Of a DNA stretch of 64,000 nt, positions 1-10,729 are shown piece after piece; position 1 is the first letter of the stretch; each line of letters begins with the position of its first letter. Both the position numbers and the translations under genes were made by a program. Source of the DNA: Alphaproteobacteria bacterium. Its GTDB lineage: Bacteria; Pseudomonadota; Alphaproteobacteria; SP197. The stretch lies in contig OZ219920.1 in NCBI GenBank assembly GCA_964291415.2, positions 832,001-896,000 on the forward strand, in the 5' to 3' direction. Below the pieces are notes generated by a model. It was not told the DNA's origin, searched no databases, and saw only the letters and a program-made list of their open reading frames with translations.

Positions 1-116
1 CGGGCAATCGGCAGGCGGAAGTGGTCTACAGCTTGGACAAGGCTATGATCAGGGCGGGAAAGACGCTGGGTGTGCCGACAAGCCCGGGGATTCTCCTCCC
101 GGACTATGACGATTGA
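1..116 (+). CDS. 3' end of a probable PIN-domain (VapC-like) protein, truncated by the window edge
   Basis: Frame 3 reads GNRQAEVVYSLDKAMIRAGKTLGVPTSPGILLPDYDD* (TGA 114-116). 'VYSLDKAMIRAGKTLGV' resembles the PIN C-terminal 'T.D..l..aa..lG' motif; only a fragment is visible. Confidence 0.4.
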   Translation, partial: GNRQAEVVYSLDKAMIRAGKTLGVPTSPGILLPDYDD

Positions 117-682
117 CGGCATTCTCGCCGTGTGGGAACCGATGTGTCCCCGCGCCAGATCCTGCAGCCGCATCGCGGTTCGCCTTTCGGCCCGCATCCG
201 GATTGTTCCCGAACGCCGTTTCCGGGGGCGAGGAGCCCCGCCGTGCGACAGCGCCGCCACATGTTCCGTTTGCAGGAGGTCGCACACAGGAACGGCGTGA
301 CACCGGACAACCAGTCTCGCAGGGCCGGTTGCCGGTTTACGGGTGGCCCGGCAGCCGATCGAGGCATCTCGATTGGAGCGTGAAAACGACGGAAAGTGAT
401 GGCTTTCGTGGTCATGTTGCCGTCAGACTGATCACGGGCCGCCATCGCCCTATGGTGGTGGACAGCGAGGTATGGCCAAGTGTCCTTCAGGTTCTCCGGG
501 CCGACACGCGGGACCGCCATTGCGCTCGCAGGGTCCCTCGAATCCTCCGACAACGGCGTTCGACGCGGCGAGATGACCGGATAGCGGCCTGAAGCCTGCA
601 TGAGGCGCCGGCGCCGTGATCATGGACGTCGGATCGCCGCCCGGGGAATGCATGTCCGGCAGGCCCGGAGTTGTCGTGGCGA

Positions 683-1189
683 TCAGGCCCGCATGTGCGC
701 CGCCTCACCCAGGGCCTCGATGGCGATCCGTGCGCAGGCTTCGGCGTCGGAAAGCGCGTCGTGGTGGTTGAGCGGGATGCCGAGATGACGGCAGACGGAC
801 GGAAGACTGGCTGACGGGAGGTTCCACGTTCTGCGGGCCATCTGCACGGTGCAGCGAAACCCCAGCTCGGGCGGCGCGACGTTGGCCGCGGCGCAGCACG
901 CCTCCAGGACGCTCCTGTCGAACCCGGCGTTGTGGGCGACGAGAAACCCGGCGTCATCCACGAACCTCCGGAGGTCGGGCCACATGTCGCCGAAGGCCGG
1001 GCTGTCGCGGACATCCGCCCACGTCAAGCCGTGAATGTGCGTGAACTCGAAACTGCGGCGCGGCGGCCGGATCAGCTGATGATACCTGCCGGCGATGCGG
1101 CCTTGCTTCACGAGGACGGCACCGACCGCGCAGGCGCTGTCGCGCCACCGGTCGGCGGTCTCGAAATCGATGGCGGCAAAGGCGGTCAT
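683..1189 (-). CDS. DEDDh 3'-5' exonuclease (DNA pol III epsilon-like)
   Basis: Motifs AIDFETA, VAHNAGFD and HHDALSDA. Confidence 0.9.
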   Translation of the reverse strand: MTAFAAIDFETADRWRDSACAVGAVLVKQGRIAGRYHQLIRPPRRSFEFTHIHGLTWADVRDSPAFGDMWPDLRRFVDDAGFLVAHNAGFDRSVLEACCAAANVAPPELGFRCTVQMARRTWNLPSASLPSVCRHLGIPLNHHDALSDAEACARIAIEALGEAAHMRA

Positions 1190-1198
1190 GCCTCGTCG

Positions 1199-1843
1199 TC
1201 AGGCACGACGGGATCTCCTTGTGGCCGGCCGGCGCCACGTGCGCGGCGCCGGTTCGGCGTCGACGGCGACGCCGTAGGGACGTCCTGCGGCCTCGAGCCA
1301 GGTCCAGAGATAGTCGGCCTGGCTGCGTTCGACATGGATGTCGAATAGGGGGGCCCCGTCGACCTGATGAAGGATGATGGGGGAGCGGCCCAGCGTACTC
1401 TGGGCGCACCGGCCAGGCCCGAAGGCTCGAGGGTGGAGATCAAGGGGACATCCCATGGCAAGGATGTCGAGGACCATCGGCCCTCGAATGCGAATGGTTG
1501 TGCGGCCTTCCGTGACATCGACGACGGCGGCGCCGGGAAGAGCCTTCACGAGCTGGCCCGTCATGGCCCTTTCGGCGTCCGGCGGGCCGACGATCAGCCA
1601 TTCATCCGGCCCGAGCCACAACGCGCAGAGGTTGTTGCCGGTCATCACCGTGTTGGGTTCGCCGGGAACGGAAACGCCGAGCGCCTGCTTCACGGAGTCG
1701 CCCGGGACGCGGCCGCGCAGGACCACCTTGGCCAGGAATCTCAGCTCGGCCATCACGAGACTGGCCGCCGATGTCTCGTTCCTGTCGTGGGCGGAGAGGC
1801 CGCGGTGGGTGAGCGGGCTCTGCCGTTGCCAGTGTTCAGCCAC
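1199..1843 (-). CDS. soxG: sarcosine oxidase subunit gamma
   Basis: LWLGPDEWLI, GCPLDLHPRAFGPGRCAQS; GTG start overlaps the soxA stop. Confidence 0.9.
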   Translation of the reverse strand: MAEHWQRQSPLTHRGLSAHDRNETSAASLVMAELRFLAKVVLRGRVPGDSVKQALGVSVPGEPNTVMTGNNLCALWLGPDEWLIVGPPDAERAMTGQLVKALPGAAVVDVTEGRTTIRIRGPMVLDILAMGCPLDLHPRAFGPGRCAQSTLGRSPIILHQVDGAPLFDIHVERSQADYLWTWLEAAGRPYGVAVDAEPAPRTWRRPATRRSRRA

Positions 1844-4826
1844 GCAGTCTGGCTCCTTCCTCGTCGAAGAAGACGGGTTTCGCGATACGTGCCCTGACAA
1901 TCCCCTTCTCGAGGGGGATCGCGACCTCCTCGCCGATCCGGTCATGTCCCCGCCTGATGAGCGCCAGGGCGATCGAACGGCCGCAGTTGGGACTCATGTA
2001 GCTTGACGAGACCCACCCCTCCATGGGCACCGGAGGTCGGGCAGTGGGCTGCGGCGACACGTGGGCGCCTTCCGGGATGACCACTGCGGGATCGTCGGCA
2101 AGGAGTCCGACCAGCTGCTTGCGGTCCTCGCGCAGGGTGTCGGGTCTCGAGAGCCCACGCATTCCGAGGAAGTCCTTCTTCTTCTTCGAAACGATCCAGC
2201 TCATGCCGAGATCATGGGGCGTGGTCGTGCCGTCCGTGTCCTGACCCGCAATGATGAATCCCTTCTCCGCGCGCAGCACATGCATGGCCTCCGTGCCGTA
2301 TGCGGTGATGCCGTACTTCTCCCCGGCGGTCATCAGGTTCCGCCAGAGCGCCAGTCCGTAGCTTGCGGGAACATGGAGTTCGAAGCCGGTTTCACCGGAG
2401 AAGCTGATCCGGAAAATGCGGCCGGCGATGCCGGCGATATCGGCATCGCGCCACGCCATGAACGGAAAGGCTTCGGCGGAAAGGTCGGCCGGCGTGAGTT
2501 CCGAGACCAGCGCCCGGCTCTTCGGACCGGCAACGGCAATCGCCGCCCAGTGCGTGGTGACCGACGTGCAGTAGACCTCGAGATCCGTCCACTCGGTCTG
2601 AAGCCATTCCTCGAGCCAGTTGAGAACCGTGGAGGCGCCGCCTGTCGTCGTGCTCATCAGGAACCTGTTCTCGGCAATCCGTGCGGTCACGCCATCGTCG
2701 AACACCATGCCGTCGTCCCGGCACATCAGGCCGTACCGGCACCGGCCCACCTTCAGGGTCGAGAACATGTTGGTGTAGATGCGGTCGAGGAACTCCGCCG
2801 CGTCGGCTCCCTGGATGTCGATCTTGCCCAGCGTCGAGGCGTCGAGAATGCCGATCGACGTGCGCGCCGCAAGAGTCTCGCGCTGGACCGCCTCGTCGAC
2901 GGTTTCGCCGGCTCTCGGGTAGCAGTACGGGCGCTTCCACTGGCCGACATCCTCGAAGTGAGCGCCGTTCTTCTCGTGCCAGGTGTGCATGGGCGTCTTG
3001 CGAACGGGGTCGTAGAGGTCGCCCTTTGTATCGATTCCCGCCAGCGCGCCGATGGTGACCGGGGTGTAGAACGGCCGGTATGTGGTGTGACCGACCGCAG
3101 GGATGGCCTCGCCCCTGAGCGATGCGAGAATGGCAAGGCCGTTGACACCGGACGTCTTGCCCTGGTCGGTCCCCATGCCGGTCGTCGTGTAGCGCTTGAA
3201 GTGCTCCACCGAGACGTAGTTCTCCCGGGTGGCGAGCGCCACGTCGGCGGTGGTGACGTCGTTCTGCAAATCGTGAAAGGCCTTGCCGTTCCGCGGTGAC
3301 GCCGGACGGTACCAGAAGGCTTCGAGATCGAGCGCACCGTCTCCGGTGTCGCCGTCGACCTCCGGCACGGCTGGCACGTCGCCGTCGAAGCCGGCCCGGG
3401 CTGCTGCCTCGGTTCCGGCGAGTGCTCCGGAACCGAGGCACTCGACGAGCCCGAAGGTCCCGGCTGCCGCGCCGGCACTCGTCTGGTGTGCCGCGGCATC
3501 GCCGGGAATGAAGGTCGCCAGGGATTCGTCCCAGGCAAGGCGGGTCCCTGACTGGGAGGCAAGGTGGACGGTCGGATTCCAGCCCCCCGACATCATGACG
3601 AGATCACATTCCTTGCGCAGGGCTGCAGGCGCACTCTCGTCCACAGCGGAAATGGCGACACCGCGAACCCGTTTCCTTCCCTCGATCCCTGCTATGACAT
3701 GTCCGGTCATCACGTCGATGCCGCGCGAGTGAGCCTCCTCGGCGAGACGCCCCCGGGGCGCGGCCCTGCAATCGACGATGGTTGTGACGTGGACTCCGCT
3801 GTCGGCGGCATCGATGGCCGACTGGTAGGCGCTGTCGTTGTTGGTAAAGACGACGGCCCGTGCGCCACAGCGTACCCCCCAGCGGTTCGCGAAGGCGCGC
3901 ACCGCGCTGGCGAGCATGACACCGGGCCGATCGTTCCCAGGAAACACCAGGGGCCTTTCGATGGCCCCGGTGGCGAGAACGACATGGCGGGCCCGGATCT
4001 TCCACAGACGCTGGCGCGGCAGGGGACTCTCGCCGGCCGGCAGGTGGTCCGTGACCCTTTCGACAGCGACAAGAAAGTTGTGATTGTAGTAGCCGGCCAC
4101 GGTGGTTCTTGTGAGCAGGGTGACGTCGCTCATGCCCGCAAGTTCCGTGCGGACCGATTCGGGCCACTCCTGACCGGCCACACCGTCAAGGGTGACATGA
4201 TCGGCCAGCAACGAACCGCCGGGTACGGCCTGTTCATCGGCAACGATCACGCGGGCGCCCGAGCGTCCGGCGGCCCGCGCCGCCTGGAGACCGGCCGGGC
4301 CGGCGCCGACGACGAGGACGTCACAGTGGGCATAACGCTTCTCATAGACATCCGGATCAGGTTCTTCAGGCGCGTGGCCAAGACCGGCGACACGCCGGAT
4401 GAATCGCTCATAGAACGTCCACGCCTTCGGAGGCCACATGAACGTCTTGTAGTAGAATCCTGCCGGAATGAGTCCTGATGCGACGCCGTTGAGCGCGCCC
4501 ACATCGAAGGCGAGGCTCGGCCAGCGGTTCTGGCTGGACGCCACAAGACCGTTGAAGAGTTCCGTGGTCGTGGCTCTCGCGTTGGGTTCAACGGAACCGC
4601 CCTCGCCGAGTCTGACGAGGGCATTGGGTTCTTCCACGCCGGAGCCGACGATCCCGCGCGGACGGTGATACTTGAAACTGCGGCCGACGAGATGGATGCC
4701 GTTGGCGAGAAGGGCCGAAGCGAGCGTGTCGCCTGGATGGCCGGAGAGGCGCTTGCCGTCAAAGGTGAAGGACAGATGGCGGCTTCGATCGATGATCCCG
4801 CCGGTGCTGTTTCGCCACGATTGCAT
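1836..4826 (-). CDS. soxA: sarcosine oxidase subunit alpha
   Basis: GDTLASALLANG..GRSFKYHRPRG, GAGPAG, HFKRYTTTGMGTDQGKT and a C-terminal GcvT-like domain; ATG overlaps the soxD stop (TGATG). Confidence 0.95.
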   Translation of the reverse strand: MQSWRNSTGGIIDRSRHLSFTFDGKRLSGHPGDTLASALLANGIHLVGRSFKYHRPRGIVGSGVEEPNALVRLGEGGSVEPNARATTTELFNGLVASSQNRWPSLAFDVGALNGVASGLIPAGFYYKTFMWPPKAWTFYERFIRRVAGLGHAPEEPDPDVYEKRYAHCDVLVVGAGPAGLQAARAAGRSGARVIVADEQAVPGGSLLADHVTLDGVAGQEWPESVRTELAGMSDVTLLTRTTVAGYYNHNFLVAVERVTDHLPAGESPLPRQRLWKIRARHVVLATGAIERPLVFPGNDRPGVMLASAVRAFANRWGVRCGARAVVFTNNDSAYQSAIDAADSGVHVTTIVDCRAAPRGRLAEEAHSRGIDVMTGHVIAGIEGRKRVRGVAISAVDESAPAALRKECDLVMMSGGWNPTVHLASQSGTRLAWDESLATFIPGDAAAHQTSAGAAAGTFGLVECLGSGALAGTEAAARAGFDGDVPAVPEVDGDTGDGALDLEAFWYRPASPRNGKAFHDLQNDVTTADVALATRENYVSVEHFKRYTTTGMGTDQGKTSGVNGLAILASLRGEAIPAVGHTTYRPFYTPVTIGALAGIDTKGDLYDPVRKTPMHTWHEKNGAHFEDVGQWKRPYCYPRAGETVDEAVQRETLAARTSIGILDASTLGKIDIQGADAAEFLDRIYTNMFSTLKVGRCRYGLMCRDDGMVFDDGVTARIAENRFLMSTTTGGASTVLNWLEEWLQTEWTDLEVYCTSVTTHWAAIAVAGPKSRALVSELTPADLSAEAFPFMAWRDADIAGIAGRIFRISFSGETGFELHVPASYGLALWRNLMTAGEKYGITAYGTEAMHVLRAEKGFIIAGQDTDGTTTPHDLGMSWIVSKKKKDFLGMRGLSRPDTLREDRKQLVGLLADDPAVVIPEGAHVSPQPTARPPVPMEGWVSSSYMSPNCGRSIALALIRRGHDRIGEEVAIPLEKGIVRARIAKPVFFDEEGARLRG

Positions 4827-5104
4827 CAGCCGGCTGCCTCCGGTGCGCTCTCGGTAATGGCGTAGACCGCGACGATGCGGTGGTTCACCGTGTCGCGTGT
4901 GATGTGGAACCAGCGGCGGCAGCCGTGGGCATGGAACCAGCGCTCGTGATGAAGACCCTTCGGATTCTTCCGCATGAAGAGGTAGTCGGCCCACTCGGCA
5001 TCGCTGGCCGTGGCCGGGTCGGGACGAACGATGTGGGCCTCGCCACCGCACGTGAACTCGGCATCGAGTCTGTCGCCGCACCAGGGGCAGGGGATCAGCA
5101 TCAT
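4826..5104 (-). CDS. soxD: sarcosine oxidase subunit delta
   Basis: IPCPWCGDR..EF, NPKG..ERWFHAHGCRRWF. Confidence 0.95.
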   Translation of the reverse strand: MMLIPCPWCGDRLDAEFTCGGEAHIVRPDPATASDAEWADYLFMRKNPKGLHHERWFHAHGCRRWFHITRDTVNHRIVAVYAITESAPEAAG

Positions 5105-5118
5105 CGTTCTGCTCCGGC

Positions 5119-6366
5119 CTAGTGAGCCACCGCCGCCGCGCCGTGCTCGTCAATCAGCAGACCGCTCTCGAAACGATCGAGACTGAAGGCCTCGTTGAGT
5201 CTGTGGGGCCGGTCCTGGGCGATGGTGTGGGCAAACACCCAGCCGGAGCCCGGTGTCGCCTTGAATCCGCCGGTCCCCCAGCCGCAGTTGATGTAGAAGC
5301 CCTCGACCGGTGTCTTCGAAATGATCGGGCTGGCATCGGGCGCGATGTCGACAATGCCGCCCCACGCCCGCATGATCTTCAGGCGGGAGACGATGGGGTA
5401 GAGTTCACACAATCCCTCGAGCTGATGCTCGATGACGTTGATGCCGCCCTTCTGGCTGTAGCTGCTGTAGCCGTCAATGCCGGCCCCGAGCACCAGTTCG
5501 CCCTTGTCGGACTGGCTGATGTAGACATGCACGGTGTTCGACATGATGACGGTGTCGATCACCGGCTTGACCGGCTCCGTCACCATGGCCTGGAGGGTAT
5601 GGCTTTCCACCGGCAGCCTCAGGCCGGCCATCGAGGCGACGACGGACGCATGGCCTGCCGGAACGGCGCCGACGCGGTTGGCCCTGATCGCTCCCCTGGT
5701 CGTCTGCACGCCCGTGACCCGGCCGTCCCGGACATCGATGCCCGTCACTTCGCAGTTCTGGATGATGTCGACACCGAACTCGTCGGCGCGTCTGGCAAGG
5801 CCCCAGGCCACGGCGTCGTGACGGGCATTCCCGGCGCGGCGCTGCATGGCGCCGCCGAGAACCGGATACCGGATGGACCTGGAGATGTTGATGATCGGCG
5901 CGATCTCCTTGATTTCCCGGGGGGTCACCATCTCGTAGTCGATACCGTTGAGTCGGCAGGCGTGACCGCGCCGCCGCAGTTCCTTCAGATCGTGTTCGTT
6001 GTGCGCCAGGTTGATGACACCGCGGGGAGAGAACATGACGTTGAAATTGAGATCCTGTGACAGGGTCTCGAAGAGCCTGAGGGAGTGCTCGTAGAGGTGC
6101 GCGCTCTCGTCCCACAGGTAGTTCGAGCGCACGATGGTCGTGTTGCGTCCGGTGTTGCCGCCGCCAAGCCAGCCCTTCTCGAGCACCGCGGTCCGGGTGA
6201 TGCCATGCTCCTTCGCCAGGTAGTAGGCGGTCGCCAGGCCATGACCTCCGGCGCCGATGATGATGACGTCGTAGGATTCCTTGGGTTCCGGATTGCGCCA
6301 GGCCTGCGGCCAGTCCCGATGACCGCGAGGCGCCTGGCGCAGAAGGTTCCACAGGGAGTACTTCAT
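5119..6366 (-). CDS. soxB: sarcosine oxidase subunit beta
   Basis: [54 protein letters not shown]. Confidence 0.97.
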   Translation of the reverse strand: MKYSLWNLLRQAPRGHRDWPQAWRNPEPKESYDVIIIGAGGHGLATAYYLAKEHGITRTAVLEKGWLGGGNTGRNTTIVRSNYLWDESAHLYEHSLRLFETLSQDLNFNVMFSPRGVINLAHNEHDLKELRRRGHACRLNGIDYEMVTPREIKEIAPIINISRSIRYPVLGGAMQRRAGNARHDAVAWGLARRADEFGVDIIQNCEVTGIDVRDGRVTGVQTTRGAIRANRVGAVPAGHASVVASMAGLRLPVESHTLQAMVTEPVKPVIDTVIMSNTVHVYISQSDKGELVLGAGIDGYSSYSQKGGINVIEHQLEGLCELYPIVSRLKIMRAWGGIVDIAPDASPIISKTPVEGFYINCGWGTGGFKATPGSGWVFAHTIAQDRPHRLNEAFSLDRFESGLLIDEHGAAAVAH

Positions 6367-6481
6367 GCTCTCGGCCTGACCTCAGGACACGCCGCATCCA
6401 TACGGCAATTCGATGAATCCCGAAAGGGACTGCGGCGCCCGGGATGGAACCGGTTTCGAGACAACCATCCCATGCCGGCGT

Positions 6482-8560
6482 TCAGTCAGCACTGTCCCTG
6501 GTATTGAAGATCGGTTCCACTGCGGAGAGTTCATCGAGGGGAATGTGGCACTTGATGGTGTGGCCGTCTCCGGCATCCCGGTCCGGCGGAACCTCGTCGT
6601 TGCAGATTCTCCCAAGGTACCGTGGACAGCGGGACGCGAAGCGGCATCCCTCCGGGGGATCGAGAGCGGACGGCATTTCGCCTTCCAGCCGGATGCGCTT
6701 CTGGATGATGTCCGGATCGGGGATCGGCACCGCCGACAACAGGGCCTCGGTGTAGGGATGATAGGGCGGCATGAAGATGCGCTCCGAGGATCCGGCCTCC
6801 ATGATCTCGCCGAGGTACATGACGACGATCTCGTCGGAGAGGAACCGGACCACCGAAAGATCGTGGCTTATGAAGAGCAGGGTGGTGTTGTAACGCTTCT
6901 GCACGTCGTTGAGGAGATTGATGACGGCCGCCTGCACGGAGACATCGAGCGCCGAGACCGGTTCATCGGCGATGACCATGGACGGATTGCCGGCAAAGGC
7001 GCGGGCCACGGCGATGCGCTGCTTCTGACCGCCGGAAAGCTGGCGCGGCTTGCGTGTCGAGAAGGCCTTGGGCAGGCGGACCACATCGAGCATCTCGCCA
7101 ACCTGGTCCCGGATTCCCTCGCTGTCGGTGCGGAGGCCGAACTTCTTGATGACCCGGCCGATGCAGTGACCGACGGAATGGCTCGGGTTGAGCGTGCCGT
7201 CGGGGTTCTGGAATACCATCTGCATGGCGCGGATGAGATCCTGGTCCCGCTTGTGCACCGGAATGACGGCGATGTTGCGGCCCTCGAACATGATCTCGCC
7301 CTCGGTGGCGGTCTCGAGTCCGGTGAGCACCTTGGCGAAGGTCGACTTGCCGCATCCCGATTCGCCGACGATGGCGACGGTGCGGCCGCGCTGCGCGCGA
7401 AAACTGATTCTCTCGTTGGCCTTGACGTAATGACGGCTCTGGCCCTTGATCAGCGACGCGAGAGAGACATCGTTGATCTCGTAGAACTTGCTCATGTTGA
7501 CGACATCGAGCACGGCATCGCCATCCCCGCCCACGACTTCGCTCTGGGCGGCCGAGGGAACGTGGTCGACCTCGTCGATGCGCCGGCAGCGCACATGGTG
7601 GCCGTCCGCCACCGTCTCGAGGGAGGGCTCGCCGGCATCGCAGACCCCTTGCCTGAAGTAGTTGCAGCGTGGCCCGAAGGAGCAGCCTGGCGGTCTTTCG
7701 TGGGGAAGCGACACCTGGCCTGGAATGGGCTGCAGGGTCCGGGAGTGCTTGTCCGCACCGAGAGTGGGAATGCAGTCGAAGAGGCCGAACGTGTAGGGGT
7801 GGCGGGTTTCCTTGAAGACCTGGCGGATGGTGCCTTCCTCGACCATGGAGCCCGAATACATGACACCGACGCGGTCGCAGACCTTCACGATGAGGCCCAG
7901 ATTGTGGCTGATGTAGAGCAGGGTGGTGTTGAACTTCTCGCGCAGTTGCACGACGAGGTCGATCACCGTTGCCTCGACCGTCACGTCGAGTGCTGTTGTC
8001 GGCTCGTCGAGCAGCAGGAGCGACGGGTTGGACAGCATGGCCATGGCGATGACGACACGCTGCTGCTGGCCCCCCGAAATCTGGTGCGGATAGCGTGTCA
8101 TCACCCTCTCGGGATCCGGCATGTTGACGTCGCGCAGCATCTCGATGGAGCGCTCCGCAGCTTCCGCGTCGGAGACACGCTCATGGACGGCGAGCACTTC
8201 CTTGATCTGGGAACCGATGGTGAGTGACGGATTGAGGGCGCTCATCGGTTCCTGGTAGACCATGGAAATGCGTGATCCGCGGACGGCACGCAGTTCTTCT
8301 TCGGACATGGTCGCCATGTCGCGCCCCTCGAACTTGATGCGTCCCTTGACGATGCCGCCATTGAGGCCGAGGTAGTTCATGATGGCCATGGCCACCGTGG
8401 TCTTGCCGCATCCCGATTCGCCGACAAGACCGTAACTTTCGCCCCGCTTCAGCTTGAGCGAGAAATCCGGAACCGCCGGAATTTCTCCAAGCCGCGTGAA
8501 GTAGGAGATACCGACATTCTCGATCTCGAGGACGTAGTCGTCGCTGGAGGCAGGCGCCAT
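6482..8560 (-). CDS. Dpp/Opp-type ABC transporter ATP-binding protein (two fused ATPase domains)
   Basis: Two Walker A motifs (GESGCGKT and GESGCGKS), two signature motifs (SGGQQQR and SGGQKQR) and HPYT motifs. Confidence 0.95.
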   Translation of the reverse strand: MAPASSDDYVLEIENVGISYFTRLGEIPAVPDFSLKLKRGESYGLVGESGCGKTTVAMAIMNYLGLNGGIVKGRIKFEGRDMATMSEEELRAVRGSRISMVYQEPMSALNPSLTIGSQIKEVLAVHERVSDAEAAERSIEMLRDVNMPDPERVMTRYPHQISGGQQQRVVIAMAMLSNPSLLLLDEPTTALDVTVEATVIDLVVQLREKFNTTLLYISHNLGLIVKVCDRVGVMYSGSMVEEGTIRQVFKETRHPYTFGLFDCIPTLGADKHSRTLQPIPGQVSLPHERPPGCSFGPRCNYFRQGVCDAGEPSLETVADGHHVRCRRIDEVDHVPSAAQSEVVGGDGDAVLDVVNMSKFYEINDVSLASLIKGQSRHYVKANERISFRAQRGRTVAIVGESGCGKSTFAKVLTGLETATEGEIMFEGRNIAVIPVHKRDQDLIRAMQMVFQNPDGTLNPSHSVGHCIGRVIKKFGLRTDSEGIRDQVGEMLDVVRLPKAFSTRKPRQLSGGQKQRIAVARAFAGNPSMVIADEPVSALDVSVQAAVINLLNDVQKRYNTTLLFISHDLSVVRFLSDEIVVMYLGEIMEAGSSERIFMPPYHPYTEALLSAVPIPDPDIIQKRIRLEGEMPSALDPPEGCRFASRCPRYLGRICNDEVPPDRDAGDGHTIKCHIPLDELSAVEPIFNTRDSAD

Positions 8561-8564
8561 GGAT

Positions 8565-9476
8565 TCAGTCCCTCGTCGAGATTTCCCGCAGGCCGTCCGC
8601 CAGGAGGTTGAAGCCGATCACCAGGCTCGAGACGGCGATGGACGGAATGATCGGCATGTAGGCCATGCCCGGGACCGTTGCCATGGTCCGCGATTCGGAA
8701 AGCATGCCACCCCAGTCGGGGTTGGGAGGCGGCAGGCCGAGGCCGAGAAAGCCGAGGATTCCGATGGTGATGACGGTGTATCCCATGCGCAGGCAGGCAT
8801 CGACGATGAGCGGTCCCCGGGCATTGGGGAGGAGCTCCACCGCCATGATGTAGAGACTCCGCTCTCCCCGGATCTGGGCTGCCGACACGTACTCGAGGTT
8901 GCGCAAATCGAGGGTGAGTCCGCGCACGATGCGGCCGATTCCAGGAGCCGACGCCACCGTCACGGCAACGATGATGTTGAATGCGGAGGCGCCGTAGACG
9001 GCGATGATGACGACGAAGAGAATGATCTGTGGAAAGGACAGGATGATGTCGCTGATGCGGCTGATGACGATGTCGACCCAGCCACCGTAGTATCCGGCCA
9101 GCATGCCCATGGTGATGCCGACGAGATAGCACACCAGAATGGCTGTCGGCGCCACGATCAGCGTCGTGCGTGCCCCGTAGGCGAGGCGCGACCAGATGTC
9201 GCGGCCGGAGATGTCGGTTCCAAGCCAGTGACCATCGACGGTCAGCGGCGGCACGGAGATGGCCAGAATATCTTGCTTGTTGGGATCCCAGACCGTGATG
9301 ACGTCGGCGAAGACGGCGACTAGGACCCACAGCATCACCAGGGACAGGCCGATCATCGCGGCAGGCGATTCGCGCAGGAGGCCAATCGAATAGAAGAAGT
9401 GCGCCCAGCCCGTCCGGTCTGGCTGTTCGGCGCTTGCAGGGTTGGCCGGGGTGCTGTCTGTGGTGGTGTCGGTCAT
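8565..9476 (-). CDS. Dpp/Opp-type ABC transporter permease (DppC-like)
   Basis: HWLGTD..GRDIWSRL, EAA-loop 'EYVSAAQIRGE', LGFLGLG..PP.PDWG. Confidence 0.93.
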   Translation of the reverse strand: MTDTTTDSTPANPASAEQPDRTGWAHFFYSIGLLRESPAAMIGLSLVMLWVLVAVFADVITVWDPNKQDILAISVPPLTVDGHWLGTDISGRDIWSRLAYGARTTLIVAPTAILVCYLVGITMGMLAGYYGGWVDIVISRISDIILSFPQIILFVVIIAVYGASAFNIIVAVTVASAPGIGRIVRGLTLDLRNLEYVSAAQIRGERSLYIMAVELLPNARGPLIVDACLRMGYTVITIGILGFLGLGLPPPNPDWGGMLSESRTMATVPGMAYMPIIPSIAVSSLVIGFNLLADGLREISTRD

Positions 9477-9486
9477 GCAGGAATCG

Positions 9487-10500
9487 TCATATGAAGCGAA
9501 TGCGCGGGTTGATGTACATGTAGCCGATATCCCCGACGACCTGCGTCGTCACGACAATGAAGACGGCGATGAGCGTGGCGGCCTCGATCAGCGCCGTGTC
9601 GCCGAAGAGCGCGGCCTCGAGGAGCATCTTGCCGAATCCCGGATAGCTGAACACGGTCTCGGTGACGATGACGCCGGTGATGAGGAAGGGGATCTGCAGC
9701 AGGATGACCGTGAACGGGGCGATCAGGGCATTGCGCAACGCGTGCTTGAGAATGACTTGGCGGTAGGGCAGCCCCTTGAGGACCGCCGTGCGGATATAGG
9801 GTCGGGTCATGACCTCGACCATGGAGCCCCGCACCATGCGGGCGACGTAGCCGAAGTCGTAGAGCACAAGCACAAGGACAGGCAACACCATCTGCGAAGC
9901 CCACGACCACGGCTCGAAGCTCTGCATGTTCGACGTGCCTGGCAACCATCCGAGCATGAGGACGAAGATGACCAGCAGGAAGGTGGCGGATGCGAACTCC
10001 GGAATGGAGGTGAGCGTGATGCCCGTGTAGGAGAGCGACCTGTCGAGCGCGCTTCCTTCCCGCATGCCCGACAGCACGCCGAAGACCAGTGAGAGGGGTA
10101 CAATGATGGCGAAGGCAATGCCGGCGAGGATCATGGTGTTGCCCAGGCGGCGCCACATGATGTCGTTCACAGGCAGCCGGTACTTGAGGGACCAGCCGAA
10201 GTTGCCGAAGTACCGATCTCCCCTGGGGTCCTCGTATCCGAGCTTGAGGTCGGGGTCGTAGACCGGATCCTTGATGATGCCGGAGAGCACCGAAATCCAG
10301 CGCACGTAGCGCACGACAAGGGGGTCTCCGAGATCGAGCTTGTTGTAGAGAATATCCTTTTGCGCCTGGGTGGCGTAGGGGCCGAGTGTCTTGCTGGCGA
10401 CATTGCCAGGCGTGAATTCGAGGAGCGAGAAGACAAGCACGGATGTCACGAACATCGTGACGAGCATCATCAGCAAGCGTTTGCCTATGAACAGGGCCAT
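9487..10500 (-). CDS. Dpp/Opp-type ABC transporter permease (DppB-like)
   Basis: MALFIGKRLL start, PYIRTAVLKGL..HALRNAL, ETVFSYPGFG. Confidence 0.93.
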   Translation of the reverse strand: MALFIGKRLLMMLVTMFVTSVLVFSLLEFTPGNVASKTLGPYATQAQKDILYNKLDLGDPLVVRYVRWISVLSGIIKDPVYDPDLKLGYEDPRGDRYFGNFGWSLKYRLPVNDIMWRRLGNTMILAGIAFAIIVPLSLVFGVLSGMREGSALDRSLSYTGITLTSIPEFASATFLLVIFVLMLGWLPGTSNMQSFEPWSWASQMVLPVLVLVLYDFGYVARMVRGSMVEVMTRPYIRTAVLKGLPYRQVILKHALRNALIAPFTVILLQIPFLITGVIVTETVFSYPGFGKMLLEAALFGDTALIEAATLIAVFIVVTTQVVGDIGYMYINPRIRFI

Positions 10501-10729
10501 TCCCGCGCCTTCTCCGCACCAGTTGTCTTCCCGGCAATTCACACTGCGACACAATCGCCCCGGCTGTCCAGTTTCGAAGAATCCGGGATCGCCCCTGCTT
10601 GTCACGACCCGAGGCGTCGATGTTCGGGGCCATTGCGAGGGCTTCCCGGGCGTCGCGCACGTTGCCGGCATTGCAATGCCGGCTGGTCCAGCGGTAGGAT
10701 TGTCCGCCTCCTTGTTGTGAACCCGACCC

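Noticed and set aside
117-680. ORFs between the PIN fragment and the exonuclease, including a hydrophobic frame with an internal TGA
   Set aside because: No recognisable motifs; cannot be supported as genes
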